Shown: positions 57,120 to 64,000 of the stretch, in pieces | Numbering within the stretch: position 1 is the first letter of the stretch | Layout of the letters: the number at the start of each line of letters is the position of its first letter | NCBI GenBank assembly: GCA_016234725.1 | Contig: JACRAK010000019.1 | Span: 5,801-69,800, forward strand | Origin: Candidatus Azambacteria bacterium | GTDB lineage: Bacteria; Patescibacteriota; Minisyncoccia; GWC2-36-17; WO2-46-25 | DNA length: 64,000 bases | Direction of reading: 5' to 3' | Notes under the pieces: model-generated | Database searches by the model: none | Seen by the model: only the letters and a program-made list of their open reading frames with translations | Told to the model about the DNA's origin: nothing | Program-made: the position numbers and the translations under genes

Positions 57120-58061
57120 TGTTTTCTAATCAATAGCTTGGAATAGTTTTAATGACTTCATGTGGCGTCTTCATGCCGAGCCCCATATGTGGTCGTTCGG
57201 TGTTGTAATAGCGTAAATACTCAGGTATCTCTTTCTCCCAGCTTCGCAATGTTCGGGGAATCCTGCGCAGGCATTCCTGCTGGATCGTACGGTTGAACCG
57301 TTCCAGGTGCCCGTTGTCGGTGGGTGTGCGCACCCTTGAGTGCCGGTGATCCATATCCCGCTCACTCGCACGAAGCGTGAGCCACTTGGAGAATTCCGGT
57401 CCGTGGTCTGACTGCAGTGTTTGAAACGGAAATGGTGCATATCCCTGCGCTTCTTCCACGAACCGAAGACTCCGGTGCGTATTGATGCGCGGCACAGGCA
57501 TGGCATGCGCCCACCGCGAGCACACATCCAGAAGTGTGTAGACATACAATTTCCGATCAGACGCCCCACTATGGATTGTATCGATTTCTACCAGTATTCC
57601 TGGCTTTTCGGGCAGGGGCCGCTCCGGATACTGATGCCATTTCTTCCACTTGGAGAAACGGGTGAGCCCGCACCGCTTCAGTACCCGTTTCACCGATGAA
57701 AGACTGACAAATACACCTTCCTGTGTCAGTCGCCAATGGAGGATCTCGGCGCATTGGTTCCGTTCCGCCCGGAGCGCGAGAATGCGATCGATCACATCCT
57801 GAGACAGCTCATCCGGATGATGGTGCGGACGGGATGAACGGGTGGGGATGCAATGCGCATTGGAAGGAAGTCGCTGTGCACGCTGCACCCATTTCACTAT
57901 GGTGCTCTGCGAGAAGCCGAAATGACGGGCGACCTGCACGGTGCTTGTGCCTTGAAGCACCATCCGTACGGCTTCCATACGAACTCGCTCGATATGCGGA
58001 TTTGTTGTATATGCCATGCTCATAGTGTACCAGGGGTATTCCAAGGTATTGAACCATTACA
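57120..58061 (-). mobile_element. IS481-family insertion sequence, 942 bp, complete
   Basis: TGT...ACA termini; inverted repeats tcaatagcttggaata (57130-57145) and tattccaaggtattga (58037-58052), 15/16; 5-bp direct repeat CGGGG at 57115-57119 and 58062-58066. Confidence 0.88.
57130..58023 (-). CDS. DDE (rve-type) transposase, IS481-like, with an N-terminal HTH
   Basis: VARHFGFSQSTIVKWV, VEIDT, QSDHGPEF, NGHLERFNRT, YYNTERPH.GL...TP. Confidence 0.93.
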   Translation of the reverse strand: MSMAYTTNPHIERVRMEAVRMVLQGTSTVQVARHFGFSQSTIVKWVQRAQRLPSNAHCIPTRSSRPHHHPDELSQDVIDRILALRAERNQCAEILHWRLTQEGVFVSLSSVKRVLKRCGLTRFSKWKKWHQYPERPLPEKPGILVEIDTIHSGASDRKLYVYTLLDVCSRWAHAMPVPRINTHRSLRFVEEAQGYAPFPFQTLQSDHGPEFSKWLTLRASERDMDHRHSRVRTPTDNGHLERFNRTIQQECLRRIPRTLRSWEKEIPEYLRYYNTERPHMGLGMKTPHEVIKTIPSY

Positions 58062-58168
58062 CGGGGTTGACAAGATTCACGTGGTGTGCTAATATGTTGC
58101 CCAGCATGAAGAAACCACGTAGTCGCGTGGTTTTTAGTTGAAAAGTAGCTAATCGTGAATATACAGAT

Positions 58169-58612
58169 ATGATCATCGCATTTTTAGCATTAGTGGGGGC
58201 GTTTTTGCAGCCGGGAACTCCGGTGTTGGCCGTTGCTCCGGAACAGGCGGAGATATCCGTTGCCGAAGAGGAGCGGGGAATTGAAGAACTTGAGAAAAAC
58301 GAACGCATTGCCCGGGTAATGAAGGGTGTCACGATGACCGCATACTCAAGCACGCCCGATCAGACCGACGATTCGCCATTTATTATGGCGAACGGAAAAC
58401 GGGTGTATGACGGCGCAGTGGCGGCAAACTTCTTGCCGTTTGGCGCGAAGGTACGATTCCCCGAACTGTACGGCGACAAGGTGTTTGTCGTAGAGGACAG
58501 GATGAACAGACGGTTCAATGACCGGATGGACATCTGGATGGAAACGAGAGGCGAGGCGATCAACTTCGGCATCCGCAAAACTACCGTAGAGATCTTGGAA
58601 GACGGCGTATAA
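58169..58612 (+). CDS. Secreted 3D-domain (RlpA/DPBB-like) peptidoglycan-associated protein
   Basis: MTAYSS...QTD, VAANFLPFG, VEDRM, RMDIW, AINFG; terminator at 58632-58664. Confidence 0.88.
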   Translation: MIIAFLALVGAFLQPGTPVLAVAPEQAEISVAEEERGIEELEKNERIARVMKGVTMTAYSSTPDQTDDSPFIMANGKRVYDGAVAANFLPFGAKVRFPELYGDKVFVVEDRMNRRFNDRMDIWMETRGEAINFGIRKTTVEILEDGV

Positions 58613-58730
58613 AAAGAATTTTCAGCAAGCAAAAAAACCGCCGCGTTAGACGCGGCGGTTTTTTGTAACAAATATGCGGCGGTGCGTCTTCTCTTGTACG
58701 GCGGTGCGCCGCGCCCTATAATACCTACCT

Positions 58731-61073
58731 ATGGATAGCAGACTCAATTTCCCGACCGTCTTTGTGATATTCGGCGCTACGGGCGATCTTGCGCGGCGGA
58801 AGATATTTCCCGCGCTTTTTGAATTAAAAAAGAAAGGAGCGCTCCCTGACCGGTTCGCGGTCGTGGCGTTCAGCCGGCGTGAATGGGATGATGCCATGTT
58901 TCGGGACTATGTGAAAGGAATGCTCGGCGCAGAAAATACCGATAGCGAGGTCGCCGCTTTTTTGAAGCTCATTCATTTTCAGCATGGTACATTCGAGGAT
59001 AAAGGATCGTACGACGATCTTCATGGAGCGCTTGCGCGCATCGATGAAGAATGGAAATTATGCACCAATAAGCTTTTTTATCTGGCGACCCCGCCGGAAA
59101 ATTACAAAAACATCCTTGCGCATCTGCATCGTTCGGGGTTGACCGCGCCGTGCTCGCCCGAAGAGGGGTTCACGCGCGTACTTGTGGAGAAGCCGTTCGG
59201 CAAGGACCTTGCCACCGCGGAAGCGCTTGATGCGCTTTTGGGGAAACTGTTCAAAGAAGAGCAGATCTATCGCATCGACCATTATCTGGGAAAGGAGATG
59301 CTGCAAAACATCCTTCATTTTCGTTTTTCGAACAACCTTTTGGAAGACGTATGGAGCAATAAATACATCAAACGGGTAGAGGTCAGGCTGTGGGAGCAAA
59401 AGGGGGTGGAAACGCGCGGCGCGTTCTATGACGGGCTTGGCGCGTTGCGTGATGTCGGACAGAACCATGTATTACAAATGGCGGCATTGGTGGCGATGGA
59501 GCAGCCCGCCGCGTTCACCGCGGAAGCGGTGCGGGTAAACCGCGCGGCGATCCTTGAAACAGTGAAAATATTCACTACGGAGGAGATCAAACGGCACACC
59601 TTCCGGGCGCAATATCTCGGGTATCGAGATATTGCGGGCGTGAAGAGCGATTCTACGACCGAGACGTATTTTAAAACGCAGCTTTTTTTCGATCACCCGC
59701 GGTGGCAGGGAGTCGAGTTTACGCTCGAAAGCGGGAAGCGGATGAAGGAACAAAGGAAAGAGGTCATTGTGTATTTTCGCCATCCACGGCCGTGCTTGTG
59801 CCCCGACGGGGGGCATGTGCAGAATACGGTCCATTTCACGCTCGAGCCGAAAGAAGAGATACGGATGAACATTTGGGCGAAAAAGCCGGGGCTCACCAAC
59901 GAGCTTGCCGAGCGTGCGCTTACGTTCACGTATCGCGAAGCGTCGGAGCGCGTGCAGTACATAGAAGAATATGAACGGTTGCTTGTCGACGCTATTGCGG
60001 GCGACCAAATGCTCTTTTTGAGCACAAATGAAGTGAGAGCGATGTGGAAATTCATCGACCCCATCGTGCATGCGTGGGACAAAAAAGCGGTCGTGCTCGC
60101 CTCATATGCTCCCGATACATCCGAAGCGGCTACGCAGGCGCAATACGCGGAGCGTGTCGCGATGATGCCGAAAGCGATCGGCATGGTCGGCTTAGGGAAG
60201 ATGGGCGGAGGCATCGCCATGCAGCTTTTGGAAAAAGGGTGGGAGGTCGCGGGAACGACGCGGGATGCCGAGAAAGCGGAGAAATTCAAAAAAAACGGAA
60301 TGAAGATAGCGGCGGACTATGCCGACATGGTGCGCCGGCTGCCGAGCCCTAGAGTGGTGTGGGTGATGGTACCGGCGGGAGAGGCGACCGAAGAAACGAT
60401 CTTTGGCAAAGAAGGGTTGGCAAAGCATCTTGAGAAAGGGGACATTCTTATCGATGGCGGGAACAGTTTTTATAAGGACTCTATCCGCCGCGCGAAACAG
60501 CTGAAGAAAAAGGGCATTCGCTTTGTCGATGTGGGGGTGTCAGGCGGCCCCGGGGGCGCGCGGCGCGGCGCATGCATCATGGTGGGGGGAGAGCGTGCGT
60601 CGTACGAATATCTCCACCAGCTCTTTGCGGACTTCACGGTTTCAGGCGGCATCGGATTCTTTGACGGACACGGTGCCGGCCATTTCGTGAAGATGGTGCA
60701 CAACGGCATCGAGTATGGGATGATGCAGGCGATCGCGGAAGGGTTTCTTATTCTCAAAAAATCGAAGCTGAAGCTCGACCTTGCGCGCGTCGCGGATATT
60801 TATAATAGCGGAAGCGTTATCGAATCAAAGCTGATCAACTGGCTCACGGAGGCGTTTGACGTATACGGGCAGGACCTGAAAACGATCTCGGGAAGCGTGA
60901 AGCGGACGGGCGAGGGCGATTGGACGGTCAAGACCGCAAAAGAATTAAAGGTGCGGGCAAAAGTGATCGAGGAGTCGGTGAAATTCAGGAAGCTTTCGGC
61001 AAAAAATCCCGATTACGCGGGAAAGGTGCTTTCCGCGCTTCGCAACCGCTTCGGCGGGCATGCGATACAGTAG
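58731..61073 (+). CDS. zwf: Fusion of glucose-6-phosphate dehydrogenase (Zwf) and a short-type 6-phosphogluconate dehydrogenase (Gnd)
   Basis: FGATGDLARRKIFP, VEKPFG, RIDHYLGKE, DVGQNH; then IGMVGLGKMG, MVPAG, IDGGNS, DVGVSGG, GHFVKMVHNGIEYG, LRNRFGGH in one uninterrupted frame. Confidence 0.95.
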   Translation: MDSRLNFPTVFVIFGATGDLARRKIFPALFELKKKGALPDRFAVVAFSRREWDDAMFRDYVKGMLGAENTDSEVAAFLKLIHFQHGTFEDKGSYDDLHGALARIDEEWKLCTNKLFYLATPPENYKNILAHLHRSGLTAPCSPEEGFTRVLVEKPFGKDLATAEALDALLGKLFKEEQIYRIDHYLGKEMLQNILHFRFSNNLLEDVWSNKYIKRVEVRLWEQKGVETRGAFYDGLGALRDVGQNHVLQMAALVAMEQPAAFTAEAVRVNRAAILETVKIFTTEEIKRHTFRAQYLGYRDIAGVKSDSTTETYFKTQLFFDHPRWQGVEFTLESGKRMKEQRKEVIVYFRHPRPCLCPDGGHVQNTVHFTLEPKEEIRMNIWAKKPGLTNELAERALTFTYREASERVQYIEEYERLLVDAIAGDQMLFLSTNEVRAMWKFIDPIVHAWDKKAVVLASYAPDTSEAATQAQYAERVAMMPKAIGMVGLGKMGGGIAMQLLEKGWEVAGTTRDAEKAEKFKKNGMKIAADYADMVRRLPSPRVVWVMVPAGEATEETIFGKEGLAKHLEKGDILIDGGNSFYKDSIRRAKQLKKKGIRFVDVGVSGGPGGARRGACIMVGGERASYEYLHQLFADFTVSGGIGFFDGHGAGHFVKMVHNGIEYGMMQAIAEGFLILKKSKLKLDLARVADIYNSGSVIESKLINWLTEAFDVYGQDLKTISGSVKRTGEGDWTVKTAKELKVRAKVIEESVKFRKLSAKNPDYAGKVLSALRNRFGGHAIQ

Positions 61074-61134
61074 GTGTTTTCCGCGCATTCATGAAGGTGT
61101 ATAATACGTGCATTCATTAATAAGCAATAACACT

Positions 61135-62505
61135 ATGGTGAAAAATTTCGTTTTTGTGGCGTGTGCGGTGATGATCGCCGTCATGGCACAGGTGTCATTT
61201 GTTGCGGCGCAAACCGATAGCGATGGCATCGCACGCGCTCCGCAAGCGTTTTCATCTGCGGATTTCGGGGTAGCGAGGATCGGTATTTTGCCGACGAGCA
61301 ATTTATATTTCTTGAAAGAATTACAGCGGAACATCCAGCGGGTGTTCGCATTCAGCGCAGCAAACAAGGCAAAGCTTGAAATGAAGATCGCGAATGAAAA
61401 AGCGGCGGAGATCGCAAAGATGCAGGAAATGGGTGTGACAGAAAGAGATGTCATGGACCGCGCGCTTGAAGGATATGAGAAGGTGCAGGAACGGCTCGGC
61501 AAAGCGCTTACGAAGGTAAAAGAAGGCAAAGAAAGCAGAGCGCGTGATGAGGTCTTGATGCGCGCGACAGAGCAGAGCGAAAAACACGGAGAATTTTTGC
61601 AAGGGCTTGCCCGAACGGTCGGCGACAAAGGACGGGCGCGAGAGATCATTATGAAAGCGGAAGAGGCGGTGCGCGGTACGGCGGAAGCGTCGCTTGAGAA
61701 AGCGACCGATGAGATCGATCGCGCGCAGGAATTTATCGCGGAGGTGGAAATAATGTTCGAAGAAGAAGCGGTGTCGCAGGAAGGAGCGACGACAACCGCC
61801 CCGGTCCTCGGTCAGCCGCAACAGCTTCTTGCGCAAGCACAGGAGCGTTTAGACAAGGCGACGGCCGCGTTTGATGCAGAAAAATACGGTGAAGCATACG
61901 GCCAGGCGCGCGCGGCGATAGCGATAGCATCTCATGCGAAACGGATATTGGATATGAACGCAGAGGCATCATCGGCGGAGGGAGACGAGGAGAACACGAA
62001 TGAGGACGGAGGCGCCGCGGCGGACGAGAGCGGAAGAAACGAAGGATGTCTGTGCGCACAGGTGTATAGCCCGGTGTGCGGTGTGGACGGCAAAACATAT
62101 GGCAATGCGTGCGAAGCAAACTGCCAGAAGAAGGCGGTAGCGCGTGCGGGGGAGTGTACGGAAGGCGAAACGAAGAGATCGGGATCATCAGCGCAAGAAA
62201 ATGACAAAGCATCATCTCAGAATATCATTACGGAAACACGCATGGTTTCGATCGAAGGGTTTGCGTTCTCGCCCAAAGAGATAACCATCAAAAAGGGGAC
62301 AAAGGTAACGTGGATGAACAAAGATGCCGCAGCGCATCAGATCGCGTCCAACCCGCATCCGTTGCACACGTCATTGCCCGAGCTTGCGTCGCCGGTTCTC
62401 GCGCGCGGAGAATCGTACAGTTTTACGTTCCAAAAAACAGGAACGATCGGGTATCATTGCCATCTGCATCCATCGATGCAGGGGAAGATAACCGTGATCG
62501 AGTAG
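61135..62505 (+). CDS. Secreted multidomain protein: DUF5667-like helical domain, Kazal domain, type-1 copper cupredoxin
   Basis: Signal peptide; GILPTSNLYFLKE; CLCAQVYSPVCGVDGKTYGNACEANC...GEC; FSPKEITIKKG..VTW.N...HQ...YHCHLHPSMQG. Confidence 0.85.
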   Translation: MVKNFVFVACAVMIAVMAQVSFVAAQTDSDGIARAPQAFSSADFGVARIGILPTSNLYFLKELQRNIQRVFAFSAANKAKLEMKIANEKAAEIAKMQEMGVTERDVMDRALEGYEKVQERLGKALTKVKEGKESRARDEVLMRATEQSEKHGEFLQGLARTVGDKGRAREIIMKAEEAVRGTAEASLEKATDEIDRAQEFIAEVEIMFEEEAVSQEGATTTAPVLGQPQQLLAQAQERLDKATAAFDAEKYGEAYGQARAAIAIASHAKRILDMNAEASSAEGDEENTNEDGGAAADESGRNEGCLCAQVYSPVCGVDGKTYGNACEANCQKKAVARAGECTEGETKRSGSSAQENDKASSQNIITETRMVSIEGFAFSPKEITIKKGTKVTWMNKDAAAHQIASNPHPLHTSLPELASPVLARGESYSFTFQKTGTIGYHCHLHPSMQGKITVIE

Positions 62506-62523
62506 AAAGATAGCGTGAATAAT

Positions 62524-62559
62524 AAAAGCGCCGGTGGTATAAAACCAACGGCGCTTTTT
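62524..62559. terminator. Bidirectional terminator
   Basis: aaaagcgcc...ggcgcttttt between convergent genes. Confidence 0.65.
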
Positions 62560-62565
62560 CGCGCG

Positions 62566-62916
62566 TTAATGAGCAGGCGGGGAGATGATACGGAGGCGTC
62601 CTTTCATTGGCGCATCGCGGTAGCGCCGAAGCGGGACCTTTCGTTCCTTACCGTCTTCTTTGATGAAGCGGAAAGAATACGTGGAGTAAATGGAGTCAAA
62701 TTCTGCTTTTGCTCCGCACCCGGCACAGGTAATGGTACTTTGCCGTATGGCGTGATCGGTCGTGTGCGTCACGATACCGCCCCCGCAGTCCTGGTGCGTC
62801 AGATGGCCCGGGTTTCTCGTTGAAACAATGGTCATGTGCGTTACTTTCTGGTACTGGATCACCGTCAGCACCAGGGCCAGTACTGCCAATAGTATCACTG
62901 CCGATGAAAAGGTCAT
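62566..62916 (-). CDS. Small membrane-anchored hypothetical protein with HxxC and CxxC motifs
   Basis: N-terminal TM, HQDCGG, CAGCG; SD-like aaaggggg upstream. Confidence 0.6.
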   Translation of the reverse strand: MTFSSAVILLAVLALVLTVIQYQKVTHMTIVSTRNPGHLTHQDCGGGIVTHTTDHAIRQSTITCAGCGAKAEFDSIYSTYSFRFIKEDGKERKVPLRRYRDAPMKGRLRIISPPAH

Positions 62917-63059
62917 GATATCACCCCCTTTGGTTGTATTGTGAAAGAACGCCCGATAAAAGATAGATGCATATATTAAACCATATATTTTTTATTTTAC
63001 AAGACGAGTAATGCACAGGCGGGTGTGTGCGGTGCGCACAGGTGTATTATAATGTAAGT

Positions 63060-64000
63060 ATGAACTGGAAAAAGATCTTCACATCGCTTGCGATATTTGC
63101 CGTAGGAGCGGCGGCGCTTGCGGTGGCCGCATTCTACATGATCGATACGCTGCGTATCGCGCGCGGGCTGAAGCCGGTACTGCTGAAAGCGCCGCAAGAC
63201 ATCACAGAGATCATCCCGCTTGTAGGAAGTGAGATACCGGAAGGAAAAGAAGAAGGAAAAAATGAAACGGATATGCCGCTGAAACTTCCGGAAGGATTTT
63301 CCATTTCCATTTTTGCAAAAGATCTTGGCGGTCCCCGGGTGATGATGTGGGGCCCCGATGGTAATGTATGGACAAGCATCCCTTCGCAGGGAAAAGTGGT
63401 GGCGCTCAAAGATGCGAACGGCGACGGTTTTGCGGAAGGGTCCGTGACGGTGCTCGACGGGCTCAACCGGCCGCACGGCATGGCGTCGCGATGCAATGGA
63501 GCACGATGTACCATATATATTGCCGAGTCGCATCAGGTCGCGGCGTTCGAGTATGAGCAGGGGGTGTTGCTCAAAAGTAAAAAGAAGGTCGCCGATCTTC
63601 CCGACGGCGGGAGGCATTTTACGCGCACGCTCATGTTCATGCCATACCCCAATGAGAATAAATTATTGATATCTGTCGGTTCGTCATGCGACGTGTGCGA
63701 GGAAAAGGACGAGCGCCGCGCGAAAATATTAGCACTTAATGTTGTAAGCGGTGAGATGAAAGAATTTGCGCGGGGATTGCGCAATTCCGTCTTTATGGCG
63801 ACACATCCCGTGACCGGAAAAATATGGGCCACGGAGATGGGACGCGATATGCTGGGCGATGATCTCCCGCCGGATGAGATAAATATCATTGCAGAAGGAA
63901 AGAATTACGGATGGCCGATATGTTACGGCAAGAACGTGCATGATGCCGCGTTCGATAAAAACACCTATATCCGCAACCCATGCATGGAGCCGTTCGAGAC
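63060..64000 (+). CDS. PQQ-dependent sugar / L-sorbosone dehydrogenase-family beta-propeller, 3'-truncated and absent from the ORF track
   Basis: Manual translation: MNWKKIF TM anchor, LKLPEGFSISIFA, GLNRPHG, GRHFTRTL, SVGSSCDVCEE, ARGLRNS, MGRD.LGDDLPPDEIN, NYGWP. Confidence 0.9.
   Translation, partial: MNWKKIFTSLAIFAVGAAALAVAAFYMIDTLRIARGLKPVLLKAPQDITEIIPLVGSEIPEGKEEGKNETDMPLKLPEGFSISIFAKDLGGPRVMMWGPDGNVWTSIPSQGKVVALKDANGDGFAEGSVTVLDGLNRPHGMASRCNGARCTIYIAESHQVAAFEYEQGVLLKSKKKVADLPDGGRHFTRTLMFMPYPNENKLLISVGSSCDVCEEKDERRAKILALNVVSGEMKEFARGLRNSVFMATHPVTGKIWATEMGRDMLGDDLPPDEINIIAEGKNYGWPICYGKNVHDAAFDKNTYIRNPCMEPFE

Noticed and set aside
58106-58141. 11-codon mini-ORF upstream of the 3D-domain gene
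   Set aside because: Too short, with no supporting composition or attenuator structure

Overview
Chromosomal segment of a small-genome bacterium, most likely Patescibacteria/CPR (Parcubacteria-like). This is inferred from gene content, many -10-only or leaderless starts and the dispersed palindromes. Almost all genes are on the + strand and the standard genetic code is used. From left to right: (1) a housekeeping block (tgt, uvrA, xseAB, RNase H-like protein, iscS, htrA, CIRCE-clpB, an inactive HtrA paralogue, galU); (2) a cell-surface locus with an HTH regulator, a 1154-aa S-layer-like protein with a long structured leader, three O-antigen-ligase/TPR paralogues, a four-helix-bundle gene between repeats, and a 1244-aa secreted Zn-phospholipase C/P1-nuclease-like, lamin-tail, beta-helix protein with a small partner; (3) dnaG-rpoD-tRNA-Asn; (4) an accessory stretch (tspO, frameshifted SDR, glgC, PIF1-like helicase, cupin, csp); (5) a redox/energy block (ApbE plus a membrane ferric-reductase/FNR fusion, Glu/Leu dehydrogenase, xfp-ackA, a zwf-gnd fusion, a cupredoxin multidomain protein, a partial PQQ-type sugar dehydrogenase) interrupted by one complete IS481-family element with a 5-bp target duplication. 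The main non-gene signal is several families of dispersed structured repeats: inverted 7-8-nt periodic arrays abutting start codons, short palindromes inserted in frame inside proteins, nested hairpin elements, and ~125-nt hairpins that conserve loop motifs while their stems differ. Family assignments come from motif recognition by eye; no database search was run.
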